The notes beneath the pieces were generated by a model that was given only the letters and a program-made list of their open reading frames with translations, had not been told where the DNA came from and made no database searches. The position numbers were made by a program, and so were the translations under genes. Below, piece after piece: positions 40,540-52,334 of a stretch of DNA of 64,000 nt. Source of the DNA: Eledone cirrhosa (Eukaryota). The stretch is taken from positions 108,376,001 to 108,440,000 of the forward strand of contig OZ024744.1 of the NCBI GenBank assembly GCA_964016885.1. The letters are read 5' to 3'. The number at the start of each line of letters is the position of its first letter. The first letter of the stretch is position 1.

Positions 40540-40752
40540 AAAATGACAATAATTTTTTAGCCAGATAGAAATACCTTAATTCAAGTACATATAGTCCGTC
40601 TGTATCGATCTAGAGAATTTTAAATATTAAATCTATACTTACAGACGTAAAATGGCAACTGCCTGGTGCCTAGACAAGTTTAAATTTCAAAATTCAAACC
40701 TTTTCAGCAGATCGGGCGGAACTTCAAAACATAAACCTGTTTCACAAGGGAT

Positions 40753-40827
<75 letters not shown>

Positions 40828-40870
40828 GAAAGGTATAGAAAGTATTGTAGCAAGAAGCCAACAGTATTCC

Positions 40871-40902
<32 letters not shown>

Positions 40903-40979
40903 ACGAAGGAAATGTGGTAAGGAACCAGATGGACCATAACGCACCAAGGTACTCAATACTTAGGGTAGTAGAGTGGGTA

Positions 40980-41036
40980 ATAGGAACGAGTAGGACCCCG
41001 ACGGCTGAGCTCAGCCGTCGGGGTCCTACTCGTTCC

Positions 41037-41039
<3 letters not shown>
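40980..41039. repeat. Perfect 60 bp palindrome with no loop
   Basis: ATAGGAACGAGTAGGACCCCGACGGCTGAG followed immediately by its exact reverse complement. Confidence 0.97.
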
Positions 41040-41084
<45 letters not shown>

Positions 41085-41252
41085 AATATATTAATAAATA
41101 GAAACTATATTTATAAAACCATAATTATGTTATTATATATATTTCAAGGGCGACCAAGCCAAACTTTACTCCAGTTAACTGTTGAGTGCTCTATATGAGT
41201 TATAAACATTTATGTTTGTTGGAATCCCAACAAATTAAATATAACTTCTACA

Positions 41253-44200
41253 TATCCCCCCACCGTTTCCCACCTCATCGTCCGCACCCCCCGCACCCCC
41301 ACCATCTACTTCCTCCCCAAACTCCACAAACCCGACAACCCCGGCCGCCCCATCGTCTCCGCTTGCAACTGCCCCACCGAACTCATCTCCGCCTTTCTCG
41401 ACTCCATCCTCGCCCCCCTTGTCACCACCCTCCCCTCCTACATCTCCGACACCAACCACGCCCTGCGCCTTTTCGACTCCTTCACCTACCCACCCGGCCC
41501 ACAGCCCTTCCTCTTCACCCTAGACATCAAGTCCCTCTATACCGTCATCCCCCACGCCGACGGCCTACGCGCCCTCAAACACTACCTCGACCTTCGCCCC
41601 TCCCCCCATTCCCTCCACCCCACCCTCCTTCGCCTCGCCGAGCTGGTCCTCACCCTCAATTGTTTCTCCTTCTCGGGTGAGTTTTACCAACAGGTCACGG
41701 GGGTAGCCATGGGTACAAGAATGGGCCCGAACTATGCCAACCTTTTTGTTGGCCATGTTGAGGCCCAAATCTTTGCCCAGTACACCGGCCCCACGCCCGA
41801 ACTGTACGGTCGTTACATCGACGACTGTATCGGAGCCACGACCCTCACCCGAGAACAGCTCGACTCCTTTCTCTTCTTCTTCTGCTCCTTCCACCCCTCC
41901 CTCCACTTCACCACCTCTATTTCCACCACCCACGTCCACTTCTTAGACATCTCCGTCGCCTTCGACCCCTCCCACCACTCCCTCGTCACCTCCGCCTTCT
42001 TCAAACCCACCGACCCCCACTCTTACCTCGACTTCACCTCTTCCCACCCCACACACACTAAACACTCTATTCCCTACTCCCAACTCCTCAGGATCCGCCG
42101 CCTCTGTAGCCGAGAGGCTGACTTCGAGTCCCAGGCCCTTTCCCTAGTCAGCCATTTCATCCGCAGAGGTTACCCCCCCTCTCTCGTCCACACCGCTCTC
42201 ACCCGCGCCCGTGCTGTCCACCGCTCCACCACCCTCACCCCATGCCACCGCACACCCACCCACCGTCTCCCCTTCCCCATCACCTACCACCCCTCCACCT
42301 TACCCCTCCACCACACCACCCGCCGCCTCTTCCGACGCCTCCAGTCCGACTCCTCCACCTCCCACATCTTCCCAACCCCACCACTCCCCTCCTTCAAACG
42401 CGCACGCAATCCCCGCACCCTCCTCGTCCACAGCTCCCTACCCCCAACCCACGCTCTTCCCCCCCTGGTTCCTTTCCCTGTTCTAGGCCCCGCTGCAACA
42501 CCTGTCCCCACATCACCAACATGACCACCTTCCAGGGTCCCAACGGCCACTCTCTCTCTGTCCGGCGTGCCTTCCGCTGCACCTCCTCCAACCTAGTCTA
42601 CGGACTTCGCTGCACGGAGTGCAGCGCGACTTACGTCGGACAGACGGGACGTCGCCTGGCGGACCGATTCACTGAGCACCTCCAGGATATTTGTCTCGGT
42701 GGTAGTTCCCCCATCGCCCGCCACTTTGGTGCCCCTGGACATTCCGCACGCCATCTCACAGTCTGTGGCCTACTCCAATGCCACGGAACACCCGCCAATC
42801 TCCTCAGAGTTGAACAAAGAACCATCTTCATCTTACAGACCCACACTCCCCCCGGCCTGAACTCCCCACCCTTATTCCTTTAGCCTTCGACCACCCCCTC
42901 CCCCACACATATCCCCCACTAACACCACTAACACACCCCTCCTTTTCACCGCCCACCCCACAACTAACAATACTAACACCTCCACTCCACCCCTCATCCG
43001 ACCACCCTTCCCCAACTAACATACTAACATCCCCCCTTCTCCCCCCCCTTATCACACGCACACACCCACCGGCACATATATACACGCGCTCACACTAAAC
43101 ACACACCCTACTACCACCATTAACCCTCACCCCCACACATCCATCCCACCACCCCGCACCCACTTACACCACCCACCCCACACGCAACTAACATCACTAA
43201 CACCCCCCAACCCCACGCACACGTACACACACACCCTCGTACACCACCAACTCTACACACCCTACCACCACTAACCCCCACTCACACCCACATTCAACCC
43301 TTTCTCCACCTCCCGTATACTAACACCCACTAACACCCCTTCATCAAACTACACACACACCAGTACACCACACTCCCTCCATCGACCCCCACACCCTTCT
43401 CTCCCCGCTCCACCCACACCCTTTCTCCAACACTCACTCATCCCACTAACACCTCTACTAATACACACACCCACTTCACTCCAACTTTCACACCTACCCA
43501 TCCTCGCCCCTTTACCATTCCACCCTACTGCTGCTATGCCCTCTGACCACCTCCCAGCACACACAGACACACAGCACTCCCACTGCCTTGACCACTTCCT
43601 GTTGCGCGTGCACCCCACATCTCTCCTCTTCCGACCATCTCTTCATGGATTACTCGTATGTGGACCTTGACCGCGGAATCAACTACCATCCTAGGAGTTT
43701 ACCAACCATTCAACCACATCTGACGGAATCACCTTTATAACTCACCCACACACACACCCCAAAAACGCCACCTACACCCACAACACGCTTAAACCCCACA
43801 CACACGTGCTTTCCACCACACATTTACACCTTCAGCCTCCGGATTCCTCTCCCCCCACCCCTCTATCCACACACGCACACATACTCCGACCTACACCCCA
43901 CCCCACACACACCTCTTCCTGAACATGCAACCCCGTTCTTCCCCCAACCCTTGCTTTCACATACACGCACACACACACGTACACCTACACACACACACCA
44001 CCTTCAGCCCTCCCCGCTCGGACACCCCGTCTCCCTCTCCCCACTCCACCCGCCACCACCCCTACACGCCCCACACCCTTCCACCACCTGTTTTACCCCA
44101 TTTTAATTTTATTTTATTTTGATCATGCTTTTATTTTTAATTTCATTCGCACTGTTTCTTCCCACCCCCTTTTCGCTATATGTCTCTCCACCACTCCCCT

Positions 44201-44355
44201 ACACACCCTTTGAACTCTCTTCCCACACACTTTTCACCTGAAGAAGGGCTTATGCCCGAAACGTCGTTTCCCACCCCCACCCCACTCTCAAAAGCATGAA
44301 ATTAATAAACATTCGTTGTACTGCCTCTCTGTTTTGTTCCTGTTCAAATTTTCCA
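41253..44355 (+). mobile_element. Penelope-like element (Neptune-type), 5'-truncated: RT + Cys linker + GIY-YIG, long C/A-rich 3' region, hammerhead
   Basis: YFLPKLHKPDNPGRPIVS, TLDIKSLYTVIP, GVAMGTRMGPNYANLF, GRYIDDC, HFLDI, SIPYSQLLRIRRLCS, CSRPRCNTC, NLVYGLRC..C..TYVGQTGRRLADRFTEH; coding ends at 42883. Confidence 0.95.
44232..44270 (+). ncRNA. Minimal type I hammerhead ribozyme motif (PLE-associated)
   Basis: CTGAAGA-AGGGC-TTAT-GCCC-GAAAC-GTC; stem I is weak (about 2 bp). Confidence 0.75.
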
Positions 44356-44552
44356 TTATATATATATATATATATATATATATCAAGCGTGAAACTAAAA
44401 ACCATATCATTTGTACTGCGTCTGTTTTTTGTTCTCTGTTCATTTATTCAACTATATATATATATATTTACTTACATTCATATCACCAGCTGCTGTATGG
44501 ATTACAATGAGTTCTTCATGCAGACTGGACCCCACAACTTACCGTGGATATC

Positions 44553-44591
<39 letters not shown>

Positions 44592-44594
<3 letters not shown>

Positions 44595-46410
44595 AACGGC
44601 CACTCTCTCTTTGTTGTCCGGCATGCCTTCCGCTGCACCTCCTCCAACCTTGCTTATGGACATCGCTGCACTGAATGCAGCGCAGCCTATGTCGGACAGA
44701 CCGGACGTCGCCTGACGGATCGTTCACGGGGCACCTCCGAGATATTCATCTCGGCGGGAGTCCCCCCCCCATCGTCCGCCACTTTGGTTCCCCTGCACAC
44801 TCCGCCAACAACCCCACCGTCTGTGGCCTGATCGAATGCCATGGGACCACTGCAACCCTCTTTAGGGCCGAACAACACACCATCTTTACTCTACAGACCC
44901 CCCCCCTCCCGCCCGGTCTGAACTCCCCACCCTCTTCCTTTAGCCTTCGACCGTCCCCTTCCCCCTCCCCTACACCCCTACTAACACCACTAAAACACTC
45001 CCAAGATTAACAATCCCCTCCACTTCCAGCCACCCACCCCCTGATTCACCCCACCACTAATAATACTAATAACCCCCACCTTACCCCTTATCACACACGC
45101 ATACACACACACACACCAGTACATATATACACTCACTCACGCTATTCACACACCCTACTACCACCATCCAACCCACACATCTACATCCGACCACCCCCAC
45201 CACTAATAATACTAAACATCCCCCAACCCACCTTCCCCTCACCACACACACACGAACACACACCAACATATATACACTCACCCACACCCACGTGTACACA
45301 CCGATACATAACCCACTCCACACCCGCACTACCACCACTAACCCCCACCCACACACCCATATCCCTCCCACCCTACCACACACACACTCACACCCAAATA
45401 CGCAAACACACAAGTATATTACACTCACTCATACTGTACCCAGCACCTTCTTACTTCCCTCCATACTACCAACACACACATCCTACTAACACCTCCACTA
45501 ATATACCCCCCCCCCCACACACACACACCAACACCCTCTCCCTCAACTAGTCACACTAATCCACCTCCTCTCCCGTCCACCGCACCTCCGCACACACACA
45601 TACAGACAACCCCTGCCAACTACCATTCGCCTGTCTGTCATCCGCTTAACTGCTATCTCCTCTCTCTCTCTCGCATCCTTCGCCCTGCCTTCTCCACCGC
45701 CTGCCTTGACCTTCTTGACCACTTCCTGTTGTGCGCGCGCCCCACAACTTTCTACTTCCTCCGCACCATTCCACGGATCTTACACCACTGGCAACACGCT
45801 CTAGATATTCACCTTTTTTATACTCGGATTTTTTCACCATCTCTCCACCGGGAAAACATTCAGGAACACATACACACACGCACAAGCACTTACACCATTT
45901 TCGCACACACGCAACCATACATTCCCACGGAATCACACCACAAAAAAAACACACACACACGTGCGTACCCTCACATACACCCACTCTGCATCCGGACTTC
46001 GCACGCTCCCTCTCCCCCACCCCTTCTGACCCCTCTCCATCCACACGCGCTCACACACTGACTTACACCCCACCCTATGTACACACAGGTTTTCCTATTA
46101 CCCGAACATGGAACCTTGTTCTTCCCCAAACTCTCACACTCACATCCACACACACGTACACCTACACATATGCACACACCACCTTCCACCCTCCCCGCTC
46201 GGACCCCTTTTTCCCTTCTCCCCTCTCCCCCCTCCACCCACCCACCACCACCTCTAGAAGCCTCACACCCTCGGAACTCTTTTCCTTCCCACTTTTCTCC
46301 TGATGAAGGGTTTATGCCCGAAACGTCGTTCCCCACCTCTTACTCTCAAGCGTGAACCTAATACCAACACTGTTTGTACTGCACTCTTCGTTATTGATTT
46401 TTTTATTTTT
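44592..46410 (+). mobile_element. Second Neptune-type PLE copy, truncated to GIY-YIG + 3' region, following (TA)n
   Basis: NGHSL.VVRHAFRCTSSNLAYGHRCTECSAAYVGQTGRRLTDR; 3' region collinear with 42880-44355. Confidence 0.9.
46294..46332 (+). ncRNA. Minimal type I hammerhead ribozyme motif (PLE-associated)
   Basis: CTGATGA-AGGGT-TTAT-GCCC-GAAAC-GTC at the position homologous to 44238. Confidence 0.75.
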
Positions 46411-46419
46411 ATTTGTTAC

Positions 46420-49400
46420 TGTCTCAGAGTGGAAATGCCCCACTTGGGAGGTGGCACTTACCGTGACGACGTTTTGTTTAGGGTGTCGTTCTATAATAAT
46501 AGTATGGTAGAGAGGATGAGGAAAAAACTAAGCAAATTCTTCAACAACATAGACCTAAGTATAGTATTTGAAGAAAACCTGAAGATAGTTAATTTTCTAG
46601 ATGTTACACTTAACCTCAATTCAGGACTCTTCCAACCCTACCACAAACCCAACGAGAATTTAAATTATGTCAACGCAAAGTCGAACCCTCCTAGAATAGT
46701 CACTAATGGTATTACCAAAAGCGTCTCTAGTAGAATTTCAGGACTATCTTCCAATGAAGATACCTTTAATAAGATCTCGAATTACTATAATAGCGCCCTG
46801 GAACACGCGGGGCATAGCGAAGGAATCTCATTCAAACGTCCATTAAATAGTAGTAGCAACATTGCCTGCGACAGCTTAGGCCTAAATAGTGACACTTTAG
46901 TTAACAGCAGGCGGGATGCGAGGGAGGATTCATATAGTCTTCATGTTGTACTGCCGCCTAGTCCCAATGTCGATGGTACCAAGGGAACCAATCACCCAGG
47001 TACTAACACGAGGTCTGTGCACCGTAATGCCAGCGGAAACACTAATTGTAACCTTAATTGTAAAACTGATAAAACAACCGTTGAACGTAAAATGGAACGC
47101 GGGCCGGATAAAGGGAATAGGGATAAATGTAGCCGGCGCATAGTGGATATAACCCCGGCTATCGAGGGTAATCCCAATGGCTGCACGGGGGGTACACCGC
47201 CCCGGTGACATTGGACGATCCCGAACAGAATCGGGACACCCCAGGAAACCATCGACCCACAGGCAGTTTTCAGTTATAATAGACCAGTAACGAGATAGGT
47301 AACTCCAGTATAGATAGCAAGAACAAGAAGCATCGGACCAGAAAAATCCTGTGGTATAACCCTCCTTACTCCACTGGCCTGACCACTAGTATAGCTAAGC
47401 TTTTCTTTAGGGCCTTAGACAAATGCTTCCCTAGATCACACAGATACTATAAAATATTCAATAGGAATACCATTAAGCTGTCCTACTCCACAACCAGTAA
47501 CATAGCTCAGAATATAGCTAAGATGAATTATAGTAGACTTAGGACAGCCCAAGGGGAGATGAGACATGGCAGAACTAATGGCAGCTCTATGGATGAACGG
47601 ACTCATACACGTGAGGTGAGTCGGGTCACCCCAACTCCTGGGAACTTACCCATAGAGCAGACAAGAACTGAGACCCGAACCCAGAGGTACCGTGGTTCCT
47701 CTGGAACTACCCAGGTTGATAACAGAAAATGTAATTGCAGGAACACCGCCACATGCCCCTTGGCTGGGAAATGCCTCGCCAAAAACATAGTCTACGACTG
47801 TAAGGTCTCCACTTTAGATAGAACCTTCAGGTATGTTGGGGCAACTGCCACTGAATTTAAGGATAGATGGTATAATCACCGCCATACCTTTAATAGATTA
47901 GATAAAAGAAATAGCACGGCGCTTTCTGAATTAGTCTGGAAGCTTAAACAACAGAATATAGAGCACTCCTTATCCTGGTCCATAATTTGCTCAGCTCAGC
48001 CATATAACAGCAGCACTGGCGTCTGTAATTTGTGTATAGCTGAAACCTTTAATATTATTAGAGGCGGCCCCCTATTAATCAATAGGAGAGCGGACCTTTT
48101 CAGCAACTGCCAACATAGAACCTCTAAAACCTTCCGTAGGAGTTTTGGAAAGTAACCTACCACTAACTCCTCCCTCTCTACCTTAGCCATAGAGTTCTCT
48201 CAATTAGCAAAAAAACAGACAGTCACACACTCAGGTAGTTAGACAGCGAAGATCGTTTCGGCACTTACAAACGGTACTCGGCCTGTTTCCACAGAGTTCT
48301 CACAGCTGAGTGCACATTAGAATACCTAGTTAGTAAATAGTTAGAAAGATTACACACTCAGATAAGACCGATTACGCGCATTCACCATTAGTTTAGGATA
48401 CCCTAACCATTGAGTTCTCTCGGTTAGGATATAGCTAGGCGTATTACACACTCAGTTAAGACTAATTACGCTATCTATACATAACTCTACACACAGTACC
48501 CGGTTTCTTTAGACACTGAGTTCCCACAGTTATTACTGGTCACGTTATAACGATTGAACACTACACTAGGTTTTGATCCGTGATCATCCAACCATGGAGT
48601 GCTCACGGTTACAGATTGGACAATAATACTTACACACCGTTAACGGGCCTACACACATTCTCTGGGTTTTGCTATTATTTATTTTGCCTTTTGTGTTGGA
48701 TAACACACCTCCGCCACTCAAACACCTATCTTAAATGCCCAAGGGCCCATATGGGGGGAAATCGCACATACTGACACCTTAACCCAAGTACCCAACCCTA
48801 CACAGAGCCCCTTGGTGGCCTACATAGCGGTTGCTTGCACGCACAGATTTTGGGGACTCAGATTCTCAATGGGACAACGGCACATACTGAGTCCGATATG
48901 AGCTGACTACTTGCTCTTCCCAGGGATGTGTATATACCTAAACATACACTTTTTTGGACGATACGGATGTGTATATACCATAACATACACTGTTTGGAGA
49001 TACGTATGTTACAATTCTATCTATACACGTATAGCAAAACATTGAACTGAACTTACTTGCGTGTGTATAGGGTTGCGGTTGACCCAATTTTTGCAATTTA
49101 CATCGTCAAATTGAGATTTGACCAATATAACATTTGTTGTTTTTGTAAACTAACTTTCGGTGAATACTATGTTGGTATATTTGTATTTTTATTTTTTCGT
49201 TAACCTCGTGTCGGTGTGTGAGTGTGTGTGTACTCACTCACTCTAACTGTGACCGTCTATAGTTCTACAGATTTGATGCTGTGTTGGTATGTGTATATAT
49301 TTTTTTTCTTTGATCTCGCGTCATGTATGTGTGAGTGTGTGTGTACCCACCCACATTAACTATGACCGACTGTAATTCTACAGATTTGATTGATGTCCAG

Positions 49401-49819
49401 CGTCTTTTACAGCTATTGGGAGATAGAGACTTGATAGTTTTATGACCCTAAGTGAGGACGATAGCAGTCACCGTGTTTTGACTTCTTGATCTTCATATGA
49501 GGGGCTAAACTCTGTGAGTGAACATCGTTAATTTTCTCCCTCATATCAAGGATTTGAAGACAATTCATTTTCACCTGACGAGATCAGAGATAATCGATCA
49601 TGGCTACACGATCGATCTATCTCTTATTGAAACATGTGTCGTGATTAAAATGATTGGAAATGTATACCATGCCTTCGGAGCTTTATTTTGATACAAATAC
49701 TCCGTTTTACATCATCTAGCTGTTCCCATAAATGGAATTGGAGATATACAAAAGCGTGGAGAACTTAATATTGATAACAAAAGTTTATTGGACCGTATGA
49801 CACAACCAATAATACACCT

Positions 49820-49822
<3 letters not shown>
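46420..49822 (+). mobile_element. Naiad-type Penelope-like element, 5'-truncated (RT C-terminus, CNCR/CPL linker, GIY-YIG, repeat-rich 3' region, hammerhead) ending at (TA)n
   Basis: YRDD, NFLDVTLNL...PYHKPN, LWYNPPYS, LDKCFP...KIFNRNTIKLSYS, CNCRNTATCPLAGKC, IVY..RYVGAT..FKDRWYNH, CNLCIAE, CQHR; coding ends 48155. Confidence 0.9.
49571..49644 (+). ncRNA. Type I hammerhead ribozyme motif with extended stem II
   Basis: TCAC-CTGACGA-[GATCAGAGATAATCGATC..GATCGATCTATCTCTTATT]-GAAAC-ATGT-GTC-GTGA; stem I TCAC/GTGA. Confidence 0.8.
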
Positions 49823-49918
<96 letters not shown>

Positions 49919-50001
49919 AAAGGTAAACAGAATAACAACACAATCGATACAGTATATGGAAGGAATATATTAGTTTAATGCTTGAAATAGTAGGAAGAGG
50001 G

Positions 50002-50037
50002 TCTTAACGTTTCGGACGCTAGTCCTTCGTCAGAAGA
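50002..50037 (-). ncRNA. Minimal type I hammerhead ribozyme motif in a solo pLTR-like fragment (~49915-50100)
   Basis: Reverse strand TCTT-CTGACGA-AGGAC-TAGC-GTCC-GAAACGTT-AAGA. Confidence 0.8.
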
Positions 50038-50276
50038 AAGAATGAGAAATAAAATAGATTGAGGGGACGGCGGGATGGAATTGGAAAAAATGTCTTTAGA
50101 TAAAAATAAAAGGTCCATTCATGTTGACATCTCTTGCAAAACTGTTGGTGTTGGCGTTTTGTGTATGATTTGTGTTTTAGAAAAGTGGATGATGGCGCGC
50201 GTCTATCTGAAATGGAAAAAAAAAACGTTTTGTAAAAAGAGCTATACTTGAGCACGTGCGTAAGCATGAGTGTGTA

Positions 50277-50311
<35 letters not shown>

Positions 50312-50351
50312 ATATAATAAATGTAATCTGAGTTTTTCGAATATTAATAAT

Positions 50352-50456
50352 TATTTCTACTTTTGGCACAAGGCCGACAATTATCCCAGTGCATTACTGG
50401 TACTTTATTTTATCGACCCCGTAAGAATGAAAGGCAAAGTTAACCTCGGCGGGATT
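50352..50456 (-). mobile_element. SINE family 1, 5'-truncated, TSD-like AATATTAATAAT
   Basis: Body match to other copies; flanking direct repeat at ~50340 and ~50457. Confidence 0.85.
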
Positions 50457-50569
50457 AATATTAATAATAATATTCGATTCGTTTGCAATTATGCAAACAG
50501 CCTCATTTTTAAATCCATGTCAGTAGAATGAACCCCTCATTCTTGCTCTTGTGTTGGTATGTAAACAGA

Positions 50570-50615
50570 ACTGCAGACACTAATGTTTCTGGGTATTACC
50601 CTTCATCAGTACAGT
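50570..50615 (-). ncRNA. Type I hammerhead ribozyme motif within ~185 bp mini-element 50467-50650
   Basis: Reverse strand ACTGTA-CTGATGA-AGGGT-AAT-ACCCA-GAAACA-TTAG-TGTC-TGCAGT: 6 bp stem I, 4 bp stem II, 3 bp stem III, GUC triplet. Confidence 0.85.
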
Positions 50616-50699
50616 TCACTGTTCACCTGCCAACTGTTAGGGCTAGTGAAAATATATATTTTCTAAATATTATATATTTGCTGCTGATGTGCTGCTTGC

Positions 50700-51650
50700 T
50701 CAAGCTATTGCAGCAGGGATTCGGCGTCCTTTATAGATTGAGAAATCAGGGCAAGATATCGTCGAAATCTAGGTCAGTCATGTATTGTGCAGTCATGTAT
50801 TGCTGCTCTTCATGTTGTCTAGCAAGATACGTAGGACATAGTCTAGAATAACTATGACGAGTAAAGGGGCAAGTATGTCACCTTGTAGAACTCCTGCTTT
50901 TACCTCAAAGGATTTAGTCTCACCATCAGGTGATGCAACGGTGGCAGTGGTGTTTTTGTACAGAGTTTCAATTGTCTCAACAATTACAGAAGGTATTCCA
51001 TAGAGTTTAAGTATTTTAAACATAAGATCTCTACTGATAGAACCAAATGCCTTGCGAAAGTCGACAAAACAGATCGTGATCTCTCTATTGAGTTTTTTTC
51101 ATTTCTGCCAGTATGCGACGAATAGAGAGAATTTGAGCAGTTGTTGTCCTGCCTCTTCTAAATCCATTCTGGTTCTTGCGAAGTAAAGTATCAAGGGCAG
51201 GGACTATCCTGTTTAACAGAAGCTTGCTGTAGACTTTGCCACAATTGGCATGAGAGTTATACCCTATAATTTGCTGCACTTGTTAGATCGCCCTTTTTGG
51301 GTACTATTTCACCCTTCAGCCAGACTGAAGGAGGTGAGTGATCTATGATAGTGTAGTTGTAGAACTCAAGAAGGATCTTTTAACAAGTTGTATCTTTCCA
51401 CAGCAGTGTTGGTAAATTGTCAAGATCTGGAGATTTGTTGTTGGAGAATTCTTTGAGGGTCGTTTTGAGTTCATTGATCTTCGTGGATTGGTATTGATAT
51501 CCAGGGTGCTGGATATTTGATACAGAGGAAGTGGCGGGCCACTGTTCTGTGGGGGTTCTCCAAGGAGTTTCTTAAAATGGTGGAGTCAGTTGACTTTGCG
51601 CTTTTCAGCGGAACCACTTTTGAGCCAGATAGATGGCATTGACTTTCAAA
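50700..51650 (-). mobile_element. RTE-clade LINE reverse-transcriptase fragment, degenerate
   Basis: QNGFRRGRTTTAQILSIRRI, FVDFRKAF, LYGIP, GVLQGDILAPLL, DLDF.DD.AL. Confidence 0.85.
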
Positions 51651-51654
51651 TCAG

Positions 51655-52080
51655 GTCAGGTCACCCTCGAGTGCTACTAGTAACATGTAACCCAGTACAA
51701 CCTGTCGCATGATTGGTTCGTCGGCGACTAAACCGGCAACCCCACCGGGTTTACTTGATGAGGAGGGTCATTTTGGGCACCCTGCAGGACAAAAAACAAC
51801 ACTTGACAAAGGGTGGAAGAACTCATAAGAGTTAACGGCCATCCAAAAATGTGTAAATATGTATATGTTGTGTGAGTGTGGGTGTGTGAAGGATTGATTG
51901 CATGTCCGCCTGTGTACATATATATATATATGTGTATATATGTTTGATAAAAACTTAAACATTTAAAACCTTTTAAACCCTTTTAAAACTTTTAAACGCC
52001 CTTCTGGGATAGACCCCATTAAGCCGTGTTGAAGGCAACTCATCTAGGAGAAGGAAATCTCTGGTATAAAAACTAACCGC
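51655..52080 (+). mobile_element. Short RTE-related element, copy 2 (5' block plus TAGGAGAAGGAAA block)
   Basis: Homologous to 23942-24135 and 56291-56560. Confidence 0.65.
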
Positions 52081-52334
52081 GGAAATTTAAATACCAAATT
52101 GGTGTCTGGCGTGGAATAATTCATCTCATGGCTAGTTAGATGTCTTCAGCCCTCTACGGAAGTCTCTCTAAAGATGGTGTCTCGATAAAAACACCTGGAT
52201 GTAGGTTGGCGTACCACATCTTGTATCAGCTATCATGGCGTCCACTAACTGCACCAGGGTCCAAGCCCCTGCTTCTCCAGTTCCCAACTCAAACCTTGTT
52301 TCCTACGAAACGAATGACCAGTCACCACTTAACT

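Noticed and set aside
46303-46440. N-terminus of the 301 aa ORF as a real protein start
   Set aside because: It begins inside the hammerhead/pLTR of the preceding Neptune copy and reads by chance into the truncated Naiad RT.
47523-48155. Selenocysteine-encoding Naiad (reported for some Naiad families)
   Set aside because: All conserved Cys positions here and in 62589-63080 are ordinary Cys codons; no in-frame TGA at those sites.
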